Assembly: GCF_910584445.1 (NCBI RefSeq)
Contig: NZ_CAJUBO010000006.1
Span: forward strand, 42,240-106,239
Direction of reading: 5' to 3'
Length of the DNA stretch: 64,000 bases
Origin: an uncultured Desulfovibrio sp.
Lineage (GTDB): Bacteria > Desulfobacterota > Desulfovibrionia > Desulfovibrionales > Desulfovibrionaceae
The notes under the pieces were generated by a model. The model worked only from the letters and a program-made list of their open reading frames with translations, was not told the origin of the DNA and searched no databases. Below are positions 9,403 through 18,151 of the stretch, piece after piece (the first letter of the stretch is position 1; each line of letters begins with the position of its first letter). A program made the position numbers and the translations under genes.

Positions 9403-9873
9403 CTACACGATCCCGATCCAGTGCAGAAGCGCCACGCACACGAGCGCCCAAAGCCCTGCCAGCACATCATCGATCATGACGCCAAAGCCGCCGGGAAGCC
9501 ATGTTTCCGAAGCGCGCACAGGCCAGGGCTTGGCAATATCGAAAATGCGGAAGCAGACAAAGGCCGAAAGGATCAGCCAGAAATCAGGATGGGCGAACGG
9601 CAGCAGCACGAGCCACACACCCACGAGTTCGTCAATGACCACCTCGCCGGGGTCCTTACGGCCCAAAAGCGTTTCGGCCCGGCCGGCGGCCACGCCGCCC
9701 GCTGCAAAAAGCGCCATGAGCAAGAGCACGCGCCAGCCGAGACCGAGCGGCAAAAAACACACCGGCGCCATCAGGCAGGCAAGCGCCGTGCCCCAGGTGC
9801 CCGGAGCACGGGGGGCAAGGCCCGCGATCCCCAGCCGACAGAACGCCAGCGTACATGAATCCTGAAACCGCAT
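9403..9873 (-). CDS. pgpA: Phosphatidylglycerophosphatase A
   Basis: GTWGT, VVIDELVG and FRIFDIAKPWP are PgpA motifs. ATG 9873 has a GGAGG RBS. Confidence 0.85.
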   Translation of the reverse strand: MRFQDSCTLAFCRLGIAGLAPRAPGTWGTALACLMAPVCFLPLGLGWRVLLLMALFAAGGVAAGRAETLLGRKDPGEVVIDELVGVWLVLLPFAHPDFWLILSAFVCFRIFDIAKPWPVRASETWLPGGFGVMIDDVLAGLWALVCVALLHWIGIV

Positions 9874-9952
9874 TCTTCCTCCCCGGCACCCGCTGCGCCC
9901 CGGGTCCGCTGCACCCGCGCTCTCGCGTGGATTGCACATCATTGAGGTTACC

Positions 9953-10336
9953 ATGGACAAGAACCAATGTGAAGTTTTCGCCCAGTTCACCTACGCCGAC
10001 AGCCTGACATACGATGAACTCCTGAACGCGGAAAGCGCGCTCATGGCCCGGCTTGAGCACATCCTTGCCGGGGCAGGCGGCCAGCACCTGGATTTCACTC
10101 CCCTTGGCGACATGCTCAGGTTCCAGTGCGCGCTTGAGACCCTTGATCCGGAAAATTTCCGGGACATAGCGTCGCACATCGCCGCGATCCTGCCCGATGG
10201 CATCAAGGGACGTCTGCTCTTTCTGGACAAGAGCCTTTCGGGGCTGCACCTGTTCTGGCTCCAGAAGGGGCAATGGCGGCAAACTCTGTGGCCGGTGCCC
10301 CAGGACGCTCCGGAGGACAGCGCCCCCTCCGCCTGA
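9953..10336 (+). CDS. Hypothetical protein
   Basis: 127-aa ORF (MDKNQCEVFAQF...) divergent from pgpA. No recognised motif. A weak hairpin CCTCCC-GAAAG-GGGAGG follows the stop. Confidence 0.5.
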   Translation: MDKNQCEVFAQFTYADSLTYDELLNAESALMARLEHILAGAGGQHLDFTPLGDMLRFQCALETLDPENFRDIASHIAAILPDGIKGRLLFLDKSLSGLHLFWLQKGQWRQTLWPVPQDAPEDSAPSA

Positions 10337-10529
10337 CCCTCCCGAAAGGGGAGGCTTCTGACAGACAGCGATACCAGGCTGAAAACTTTTCCGGCATGCG
10401 GCGGCCCGCATATCCTGCCCGCAGACGATGCTGACAGCCGAACGACCCTGCCACGGCTTGTCCGCCCGCCGCGCTTTTGCTACGCTTCGCCGATGCCGGA
10501 CCGGGAGCATGGCGGCTCCCTCAGGACAT

Positions 10530-10615
10530 GCCCGGATGGTGGAACAGGCAGACACAAGAGACTTAAAATCTCTCGGCCACAGGCCATGCGGGTTCGACCC
10601 CCGCTCCGGGCACCA
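10530..10615 (+). tRNA. tRNA-Leu (anticodon TAA)
   Basis: Acceptor GCCCGGA/TCCGGGC, anticodon loop CTTAAAA, long variable arm, T-arm GCGGG-TTCGACC-CCCGC, encoded CCA. Confidence 0.9.
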
Positions 10616-10714
10616 AGGAATATCAAGGGCTGCGGGGAAGCAGCCCTTTTCTTCATACAAAAAGCCCCGCCGAAGCGGGGCATGTTGGATATTTTCAGTA
10701 CGTACCAGACCGCT

Positions 10715-11506
10715 CTAAAATGCCTGATTGCCCAAGATCCTGTCCAGAAGCGAGCTTTCGCCCCGGGGGACAGCCGTGGGATCGACCCAGCCAAGGATCA
10801 CGCGCCCCATGTCCCAGGCAAGGCTGCGCGCGATCAGCCCCGAAGGGTCGGCAGGATTGCGCTCGGCGATGGAAAAAAGATAGAAATCATGCACTTTGCG
10901 GGCTTCCATGCTGCCCCCTTCGGCCAGCGACCAGATCAGGGAGCCGCTCTTCACGTCATAGACTTCCATGGCAAGCGAAATAGAACTCTCGCCGCCGGAA
11001 CCGCCATCGATGAAATGATTGATATAGCCGCCCACCAGAAGCTCGGCCCCCTGCTGCCGCGCCAGGGCCAACGCGCGCTCGCGGTCGAAGGGACCGGCCC
11101 AGGGCGCGTATTCGAGCGCCTCAAACGCCCCGAGCGAGAGCCAGACCTGCCAGACCTGCCGGGAGAGCAGATCACTGAAGCTGACGGCATTGGTGGTCTG
11201 CTGCACCATACGCAGGGGCACGAACAGGGCGCGCGGCCTGTGCCCCAGCGGGGCAATGGGCGAAACATAGGCCACGGGCGGCTGGCGGCGCACAAAATTG
11301 TCGGTCTGGATCTGGATGGGGGTGCTCAGGTCGCCGGTGAGCGTGACCGCAGAGCGGCTGTCATCAGGCGATTTCGCGCATCCCGGGGCAGTCAGCGCCA
11401 CCAGCAGCGGCAAAAACGCGACAAGCGCCACCCGCGCGAGATGGCCCTTCCGTGTGGTCATGCCGGTTCCGGCGGCAACGCCGGCGGCATTTGGCGTCGA
11501 AGTCAT
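10715..11506 (-). CDS. Lipoprotein of unknown function
   Basis: Lipobox LTAPGC. ATG 11506 is preceded by GGGAGGG. No family assigned from sequence alone. Confidence 0.65.
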   Translation of the reverse strand: MTSTPNAAGVAAGTGMTTRKGHLARVALVAFLPLLVALTAPGCAKSPDDSRSAVTLTGDLSTPIQIQTDNFVRRQPPVAYVSPIAPLGHRPRALFVPLRMVQQTTNAVSFSDLLSRQVWQVWLSLGAFEALEYAPWAGPFDRERALALARQQGAELLVGGYINHFIDGGSGGESSISLAMEVYDVKSGSLIWSLAEGGSMEARKVHDFYLFSIAERNPADPSGLIARSLAWDMGRVILGWVDPTAVPRGESSLLDRILGNQAF

Positions 11507-11666
11507 GACAGTCCCTCCCTTTGCGGCCACGTCCGTTCATCCTGACGCGCAAACACGCTGCGCGTCGTGCGGCAGGGGGACGACAGCCACCGATGCCGCC
11601 GGACGCAACCGGCTGCCGGACATCATGCGATATCCATGCCAAACATTCTCTGGCAAGCGGGGCGCG

Positions 11667-12722
11667 TCAGCCCTGAAGGGCCGTCATGGCCTGCAACAGC
11701 AGCGGCCCGAAAACGAGCGCAAGGGGGACGAAACCGAACAGCGTCTGCGCCCAGTTCAGGCGCAGCGCGGCGCGGCAGCCCACCGCCAGGCAGGCAAGTC
11801 CCCAGATCATCCCCGCCAGGGAGCCGAGCGCGGGCACCACGCACAGCAATGCGGGAGCCGAACTGTAGGCCATGATCTGAAAGATGAGGGAAAAGCTCGT
11901 GCGCTCGCGGGCCACGATGCGGTAGGCCAGAAACATGAGGGCCGTGAACACATAGAGCTGGAGCACGAGCAGACCGCAGCGCAACAGCAGGCTCAGTGCC
12001 AGATCGCTCTTGGGCGCGAGCATTTCCAGCAGTTTTGCCAGCTGCGGGTCCGTAGCCGCCGAGGGGGTGAGGGCGGAAATGAGCATCGTGCCCCAGAAGC
12101 GCTCCACAATGGTCTGGATGACGCAGATGACGAGATAAAAGATCAGGGGGCGCACCAGCGGCGCATGCGGCCGCAGCACAGCGAAAAACCGTGGCGCGGC
12201 GAACATCACCCGGAGAACGGTCTGGGAAAATGCCTGGAGCCAGCCCCCATCGCCGGGGGCCGCGTCCCACGGGTTTTCTTCCGAAATCGCGCCATCCGCC
12301 ATGCCGGAAGGCTCCGGCGCCGCGTCCGCGCGGGAGAAACGCTCCGCCTCGCGGGCATAGGCGCGCCGCGCCGTCTCGCGGATATCCTCCTCTTCCTCTC
12401 CCGCCGAGGCGTTGCCATCCGCGCCATGGTCGTCCCGCGCGGACGCGCGCGCGTCCCCCGGGGAGACGTCCCGGCCGGGAATGACGGCGCCCGGCGGCAG
12501 ATCTTCCCCGCGCGCCGCGCCGGAAGGCGCCCCCTGCGCGGGGCCGCGTGCCTGCGGGGCGGAATCCTGCCCCCGCGGGGGCAGGACGGTCAGCACCCCC
12601 TCCCGAACGGAAAAACGGAACCGGCACGCGCATTGAGGGCAGGTGGCAATGACCACTTCTCCGGGCAGGCGATCTTCCGGCAGCCGACGGCTGAAACCGC
12701 ACTGCGGGCACACGATATCCAC
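11667..12722 (-). CDS. MJ0042-type zinc-ribbon protein fused to a Yip1-family multi-TM domain
   Basis: VDIVCPQCG..ATCPQCACRF (CPxC x2) at the N-terminus and about five TM helices at the C-terminus. GTG 12722 follows GGAG plus 6 nt and is preferred over ATG 12761, whose SD abuts the start. Confidence 0.7.
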   Translation of the reverse strand: MDIVCPQCGFSRRLPEDRLPGEVVIATCPQCACRFRFSVREGVLTVLPPRGQDSAPQARGPAQGAPSGAARGEDLPPGAVIPGRDVSPGDARASARDDHGADGNASAGEEEEDIRETARRAYAREAERFSRADAAPEPSGMADGAISEENPWDAAPGDGGWLQAFSQTVLRVMFAAPRFFAVLRPHAPLVRPLIFYLVICVIQTIVERFWGTMLISALTPSAATDPQLAKLLEMLAPKSDLALSLLLRCGLLVLQLYVFTALMFLAYRIVARERTSFSLIFQIMAYSSAPALLCVVPALGSLAGMIWGLACLAVGCRAALRLNWAQTLFGFVPLALVFGPLLLQAMTALQG

Positions 12723-12828
12723 GCGTTTCTCCTCTCGCTTGTGAAACAGGCACCGCGTCATCCTCCGCCCTTAATAGCCGCTGGCGGCAACGCTGGCAAG
12801 CCCGGAAGGGGAAGTACGCCTCCTCCCC

Positions 12829-12857
12829 TTGACACGTCACGCGGCGACGGGCATACT
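12829..12857 (+). promoter_or_regulatory. Candidate sigma-70 promoter for the riboswitch/exchanger transcript
   Basis: TTGACA (12829-12834), 17-nt spacer, CATACT (12852-12857). Confidence 0.4.
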
Positions 12858-12861
12858 TGTC

Positions 12862-12992
12862 GCGGACAAGGGGAGTAACTGGGTCCTGGAGACCCGGACG
12901 GCGTCAACAGCATGACCTCACGGTCTGGCGTCGTCGTCGGCCACGCCGATGAGTGAGACCTTGGCAGCAATGCCGAGGTCTTTTTTGTTTTT
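12862..12992 (+). promoter_or_regulatory. Candidate yybP-ykoY (Mn2+) riboswitch plus intrinsic terminator
   Basis: CAAGG-GGGAGUAAC (12867-12879). GAGUGAGACCUUGG (12951-12964), with CCUUG complementary to CAAGG. 11-bp terminator stem 12956-12966/12971-12981 with a GCAA loop, followed by TTTTTTGTTTTT. Confidence 0.55.
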
Positions 12993-13034
12993 GGAGCAGC
13001 TCCCGCCCCTGGTCGCCAAACGCAAGGAGAAGAT

Positions 13035-14255
13035 ATGTCCCTCCGCGCCCTCAGGCCGTTTTTTCTGGCTATCCTGCTGACAGTTCCAGGGCTTGCGCTC
13101 CGTGTCACGCATCCCGACATCTCGCCGCTCTGGACGGCGCTCCTGGCGGGAGTAGCCATCCTCGGCGCCTCCTTTTTGCTGACGTGGGCCTGCGAGGTCG
13201 CCCAGCTTGACATCCCCCAGGCCATTGCCGTGGCCGTGGTGGCGTTCATCGCCGTGCTCCCGGAATACGCCGTGGACATGTATTTCACCTGGATGGCGGG
13301 CCAGCACCCCGAAAGCGCCTACTCCCATTACGCCATCGCCAACATGACCGGCGCCAACCGGCTGCTCATCGGTGTGGGCTGGTCGGCCATCGTGCTTATT
13401 TTCGCGATGCGCTATCACAAGGGGGTGGCCCTGCCCGACGACAAGCGCACGGATGTCCTCTTTCTCGGCATGGCAACGGTGTACGCCCTCTTCATCCCTC
13501 TCAAGGGTTCGCTCACCTGGGTGGACGGCGTCATCCTGCTCTGCATCTACGCCTGGTATATCTGGATCGTGGCGCACCGCCCCTGTGTCGATGAAGAACC
13601 GGAAGGTCCGGCCGCGGCGCTCGCCACGTTGCCCAGAAAGGGACGCCTCGCGGCCATCATTGGCCTGTTCGTCTTTGCGGCGCTTGTCATCCTCTGCAAT
13701 GCGGAACCCTTCAGCGAAAGCCTTGTCGCCAGCGGCAAGCTCCTGGGCATCAATGAATTTCTGCTCGTGCAGTGGCTCGCGCCCATCGCTTCCGAAGCGC
13801 CGGAATTCATCGTGGCGCTCATGTTCGCCTTTCGGGGCAACGCCGCGCTGGCCCTGGGCAGCCTGCTTTCCTCCAAGCTCAATCAGTGGACGCTCCTCGT
13901 CGGCATGATCCCCGGGGTCTACGCCGCTTCGTCAGGCGGATTTTCTGCGCCCATAAATCTTGACAGCCACCAGTTCCAGGAAATACTACTGACAGCGGGG
14001 CAATCCCTGTTTGCCGTGGCGCTTCTGGCCGACCTGCGCCTGCGCGTTCGTGAGGCGCTTGCCCTGCTGACGCTTTTTGCGGCCCAGCTGCTTTCGCCGC
14101 TGTACGATGCACAGCTGGAAGCCTTTCTGGGGCTGGCGCACGATCCATTGCGTCTGCACAATGTTTATGCCTGGCTCTATCTGGTCCTCGCCGTGCTCCT
14201 CCTCATCAGGCACCGGCACGGCGTATGGGAGCTTCGGCGCGGCTTCCGGGCCTGA
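13035..14255 (+). CDS. CaCA-family (sodium/calcium exchanger type) cation antiporter
   Basis: Two homologous membrane halves, each carrying an alpha-repeat-like segment (VLPEYAVD and APIASEAPEFIVAL). AAGGAG RBS. Confidence 0.75.
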   Translation: MSLRALRPFFLAILLTVPGLALRVTHPDISPLWTALLAGVAILGASFLLTWACEVAQLDIPQAIAVAVVAFIAVLPEYAVDMYFTWMAGQHPESAYSHYAIANMTGANRLLIGVGWSAIVLIFAMRYHKGVALPDDKRTDVLFLGMATVYALFIPLKGSLTWVDGVILLCIYAWYIWIVAHRPCVDEEPEGPAAALATLPRKGRLAAIIGLFVFAALVILCNAEPFSESLVASGKLLGINEFLLVQWLAPIASEAPEFIVALMFAFRGNAALALGSLLSSKLNQWTLLVGMIPGVYAASSGGFSAPINLDSHQFQEILLTAGQSLFAVALLADLRLRVREALALLTLFAAQLLSPLYDAQLEAFLGLAHDPLRLHNVYAWLYLVLAVLLLIRHRHGVWELRRGFRA

Positions 14256-14294
14256 AGCGGCCCGCCGGGCACCCTCCAAGCATGAGGAAACGCC

Positions 14295-15308
14295 ATGCAG
14301 CGCACAGCCTTCTCCACTTTGGTGATTTTCGCAATCCTCGTGGCGGCGGCCTGTATTTTCCTTGTCCCGCGCGTGAACGCGGCGCCCCCTGAAACGCCGG
14401 CGCGGGAAGCGGGCGCCCCCGATGCGGAAAGCGCCGGCAAAGCTCCCGCAGCCGCCGACCCTGCGCCCGAAACCACAGACACCCCGAACGAGTCCGCTGT
14501 GTCCCGTATCGAAAGCATCACTCAGGAAAGTCCCGCCGCTGCGCCCGAGCCGGAAAACGCCGCGCCCGAGCAGGCCGTGTACCCCAATGTGCGGAATGTC
14601 CATATCCAGAGCGGCGGCGACGGTTCGCCCGCAGTGAGCCTGTACTATCCCGCGTTCGGGGTGGATGCCGTGGATGCCGACATCCGCGCCTGGGCCGAAG
14701 GCGTGGCACGCTCCTATGACGAAGAGGTGCGCGGCAGCATCGCCCCGGACGGCGAAAAACCGGGCAGTTACGGCATGTGGGATCTGACGGGCATCTTCAG
14801 CCTCGAGCGTCCCTCGCCGGACATCGTCAGCGTCACGTTCAACGTTTACAGCTACAGCGGCGGCGCGCACGGCAACCTCGTCATCACCTGCCGCAATTAT
14901 GACCTGGCCTCGGGGCGGCGGCTGGAGTTTGCCGACCTGTTCGGGGACCCGGAAAAAGCCCTGGAACTCATGGCCGTCTGGTCGCGCGAAAGCCTGACGA
15001 AAAGCCTCGGCGACGAGGCGGATGAAGACATGATCCGCGACGGCACCGCGCCGGACCTCCGCAACTTCGGGGAGCTTTCCCTCATGCTGGGCGGCATCGG
15101 CATCCAGTTCCAGCCGTATCAGGTGGGTCCGTGGTCGGCGGGTCCACAGCAGGTGGATATGCCGCTTGCGGCCCTGGCGCCCGCCGCGCCCGAGGCGGCC
15201 ATCTGGCCCGACGCGGAAAAAGCCGCCCCCCCCCGGGACGCCGACGGGACCTCTCCCGAGGCGCCGGCGCCCTCCCTGAACGGCGACGCCCCCGGTCAAC
15301 GGCCGTGA
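14295..15308 (+). CDS. Membrane-anchored DUF3298/DUF4163-type protein
   Basis: N-terminal TM helix, Ala/Pro-rich linker, then YSYSGGAHGN and QFQPYQVGPWSAG motifs typical of DUF3298. Confidence 0.7.
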   Translation: MQRTAFSTLVIFAILVAAACIFLVPRVNAAPPETPAREAGAPDAESAGKAPAAADPAPETTDTPNESAVSRIESITQESPAAAPEPENAAPEQAVYPNVRNVHIQSGGDGSPAVSLYYPAFGVDAVDADIRAWAEGVARSYDEEVRGSIAPDGEKPGSYGMWDLTGIFSLERPSPDIVSVTFNVYSYSGGAHGNLVITCRNYDLASGRRLEFADLFGDPEKALELMAVWSRESLTKSLGDEADEDMIRDGTAPDLRNFGELSLMLGGIGIQFQPYQVGPWSAGPQQVDMPLAALAPAAPEAAIWPDAEKAAPPRDADGTSPEAPAPSLNGDAPGQRP

Positions 15309-15334
15309 CAGGCGGCGCCCGCTCCGCAAGGGTG

Positions 15335-16405
15335 ATGATCCCCATGTTCTGGACACCATGCACGGGCACGGATGTTGCCGTTGTCCCGCACAGCCGTTCT
15401 CTCGCCAAGGGCACGGGCGCCACGGCCGCCATCAGGCGACTCCGTCGCGTCCCTCTTGCCATGGCGGCACTGCTGCTCGCGGCGCCCGCCATCCAGTACC
15501 AGGCCGGCGAGGCCCTGGCGGGAACTCCGCGCCTGCTGGCGGCAGCCACGCCCGCCGCCTATTCGGGGACGGCCGCCGACTCGCGGCGTCCGGCGACCCG
15601 GGAATCCGCTGCCGGGACCGTTCCCGGCGCGACCAATGGCGAACCTGGCCCCGCCGGCGAGGCTCCCGCCAGCCCGGAAGATGCCGCGGCGCAACTTTCC
15701 GGATCGCAGTGGCCGGGCGTCATCAACCATCTCCTGCAACGCCCGTTGCCCGGAAGCCCGGAAGACCCGCAGGGGGCGGATATCCACATCGACTATCCCT
15801 CTGTGGGCGCTCCGGCGGTGGATGCGGACATCCGCACCTGGGTCACGGGCATTGCCGATGCCTTCACGGCCCACCTGGACCTGAGCCGACCGTCCCTGAC
15901 GGATGCCGGAGCAAGCGGTGCCGACGAAGGGAACGATGCCGACGCGGGCGCGTCCGGCCGGCCCGCGTTTGAGCTGTGGGCCTCCTACAGCATCAGCCGC
16001 CCCTCGGACGCGGCGGTGAGCATCACCTTCGAGATATGGAACTATACCGGCGCGAGCCACGGCAATCTGGACATCCTCACCCTCAATTACAGCCTTCTTA
16101 CCGGGCAGCGCCTGGCGTTCATGGATCTGTTCGAAAAACCGGAGACCGCCCTTGAGCTGATGTCCAACTGGTCGCGGAAGGAGCTGGCGCCACGGCTTGG
16201 GTCCAGCACGCGCGCCAGCATGCTGGAGGCGGGCACGGCCCCCCTGGTGGAGAATTTTTCCAGCCTGACCCTGACGCCGCAGGGGATCTGCATCAATTTT
16301 CAGCCGTTCCAGGTGGCTCCGTGGGCAGCGGGCGTCCAAAAAGTGGAAATGCCGCTGGAAGCGCTGCTTCCCGCAGCGCCGCTGCTGGCGCTCTGGGGCC
16401 GCTAG
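15335..16405 (+). CDS. DUF3298/DUF4163-type protein, tandem paralogue
   Basis: Same motif series as the upstream gene (WNYTGASHGN, NFQPFQVAPWAAG). Start uncertain: ATG 15335, ATG 15344, or later. Confidence 0.65.
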   Translation: MIPMFWTPCTGTDVAVVPHSRSLAKGTGATAAIRRLRRVPLAMAALLLAAPAIQYQAGEALAGTPRLLAAATPAAYSGTAADSRRPATRESAAGTVPGATNGEPGPAGEAPASPEDAAAQLSGSQWPGVINHLLQRPLPGSPEDPQGADIHIDYPSVGAPAVDADIRTWVTGIADAFTAHLDLSRPSLTDAGASGADEGNDADAGASGRPAFELWASYSISRPSDAAVSITFEIWNYTGASHGNLDILTLNYSLLTGQRLAFMDLFEKPETALELMSNWSRKELAPRLGSSTRASMLEAGTAPLVENFSSLTLTPQGICINFQPFQVAPWAAGVQKVEMPLEALLPAAPLLALWGR

Positions 16406-16470
16406 CGCCCCACCGGGCTTTTCCTGGAACACATGGTATTTCAGTCGTATACCGCTTCGGGAGCCATGTC

Positions 16471-16701
16471 ATGAATACTGAAGAACTGTTGCGTCTGCTG
16501 GCCTGCCCGAAATGTCTCGGCGACCTTGCGGCGCTCGACCGCGACGGCGCCACCGCCGGATTCGCCTGCGCCGCCTGCGGGGTGGTCTATCCGGTGAGGG
16601 ACGACATCCCGGTCATGCTGGTGGAAGAGGCCATCCCCCGGGACCAGTGGGAACGCCGGCAACAGCCCGGCGACAAAAGCGCGCGGAAAGGGGGCGCCTG
16701 A
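16471..16701 (+). CDS. Trm112/YcaR family small zinc-ribbon-like protein
   Basis: LLACPKC...CAACGVVYPVRDDIPVML. Confidence 0.8.
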   Translation: MNTEELLRLLACPKCLGDLAALDRDGATAGFACAACGVVYPVRDDIPVMLVEEAIPRDQWERRQQPGDKSARKGGA

Positions 16702-17282
16702 TGCGCCTGCTCATCGCTTCCGACCTGCACGGCTCCCTCGACAGCCTGCATTTTCTTGAAGGCCGCCTCCGGGAACTTGAGCCGGACATGCTCGTCCTGC
16801 TTGGCGACCTGGTCTATCACGGACCGCGCAATCCCCTGCCCGCAGGCTACGACACCCCCGGCCTGCTCAGGGACATGCCCGGCATCGCCGCCATGCGTCC
16901 CCCGGTGGTGGCCGTGCGCGGCAACTGCGACGCCGAGGTCGACGTGACCCACCTGCCCTTTCCCATGCCGGAAAGCGCATGGCTCAACGTGGACGGCCTG
17001 CGGATCTTTGCCAGTCACGGGCACCACCTGCCGGAGTTCCCCCCCATCCCGGGCCTGGGCGCCGGCACGGTCGTCCTGCGCGGGCACACCCATGTGCCGC
17101 GTGGCGAAAGCCTGGACGGTCTGCATTTCTGGAATCCCGGCTCGCTCTCCCTGCCCAAGCAGGGCTTTCCCCGCAGCTACGGACTCTGCGAAAACGGCGT
17201 CTTCCGCGTCCTCGACCTGGCGGGGCGGGAGATCCTGCGGCATGAGCCGGCCGCCGCGTCGGCCCCTCACGCGGTTCGCTGA
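16701..17282 (+). CDS. YfcE/MJ0936-type metallophosphoesterase
   Basis: ASDLHGS, LGDLVYHGPRN, VRGNCD and RGHTH metallophosphoesterase motifs. TGATG overlap with the upstream stop. Confidence 0.82.
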   Translation: MRLLIASDLHGSLDSLHFLEGRLRELEPDMLVLLGDLVYHGPRNPLPAGYDTPGLLRDMPGIAAMRPPVVAVRGNCDAEVDVTHLPFPMPESAWLNVDGLRIFASHGHHLPEFPPIPGLGAGTVVLRGHTHVPRGESLDGLHFWNPGSLSLPKQGFPRSYGLCENGVFRVLDLAGREILRHEPAAASAPHAVR

Positions 17283-17298
17283 CTCTCCGCGGGCAGGC

Positions 17299-17979
17299 AT
17301 GGACCGGCAGACGATCCCAACGGCGGCGCCTCCGCTTTTTACGCCCGCCCCCGGCGTGCGCGTGGTGCTTGCTTCGGCATCGCCCCGAAGGCGGGAATTG
17401 CTGGCCGGCTGGGGCCTGCCGTTCACCGTCCTGACGGCTCCCGCGGACGAGGAACCTCGGCCCCAGGCAGGAGAACCCGCGCACGCCTACGCCGCGCGCG
17501 CCGCACGCAACAAGGCGGCAAGCGTCCACGCCCTTCTGGATGCCGATGCCGCCCAGGCAAGCCTGGTCATCGCGGCGGATACCGTCGTCTGCCTCGGCAG
17601 CCGCATCCTCGGCAAACCCCGTGATGCCGCCGAGGCCCTCCACATGCTGGAGCAGCTTTCCGGCCACACGCATACGGTCGTCAGCGCCGTGGCGCTCCGC
17701 ATGCCCGGCACCTGGGCCGGACCCGCCGAGGAATGCCTGACGGACACGGCTTCCGTAACGTTCGCGGCATGGCCGCGCGAAGTGCTGGCGGCCTATGCGC
17801 GCACCGGCGAGCCTGACGACAAGGCGGGCGCCTATGCCATCCAGGGGCGGGGGGCCTTTCTTGCCGAACGGCTGGAAGGCGCCTGGAGCACGGTGGTGGG
17901 CCTGCCCCTGGCGCCGCTGGCCGCCCTGCTTCTGCGGCGGGGTCTCCTCCTGCCCGCGGCCAGAGCGGTTCGGTACTGA
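17299..17979 (+). CDS. maf: Maf-like nucleoside triphosphate pyrophosphatase
   Basis: VVLASASPRRRELL, ADTVV and KAGAYAIQG motifs. Confidence 0.88.
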   Translation: MDRQTIPTAAPPLFTPAPGVRVVLASASPRRRELLAGWGLPFTVLTAPADEEPRPQAGEPAHAYAARAARNKAASVHALLDADAAQASLVIAADTVVCLGSRILGKPRDAAEALHMLEQLSGHTHTVVSAVALRMPGTWAGPAEECLTDTASVTFAAWPREVLAAYARTGEPDDKAGAYAIQGRGAFLAERLEGAWSTVVGLPLAPLAALLLRRGLLLPAARAVRY

Positions 17980-18050
17980 AAGGATCCACACCGCTCTCCT
18001 CCTGTTTTTCCCCGTCTGCCACATCGGCATTTGGAAAAATCTGCACTAAA

Positions 18051-18065
18051 TGAAAATGATTTTCT
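18051..18065. promoter_or_regulatory. Fur-box-like 7-1-7 palindrome upstream of feoA
   Basis: TGAAAAT-G-ATTTTCT compared with the 7-1-7 Fur consensus TGATAAT-N-ATTATCA. GAAAAT/ATTTTC is a perfect palindrome in an AT-rich island. Confidence 0.4.
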
Positions 18066-18151
18066 TTTTTCTTGACACCCGTCCCGCTTTGCGGCAAGCC
18101 TTTAACGCGCCCCGGATCTTTCCCGAAACGGCGCGCAACAAAGGAGCGGAC

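Noticed and set aside
10337-10715. Possible integration hotspot or mobile element at tRNA-Leu
   Set aside because: I saw no integrase, no duplicated tRNA 3' end (att-like repeat) and no compositional break. The flanking hairpins are ordinary terminators.
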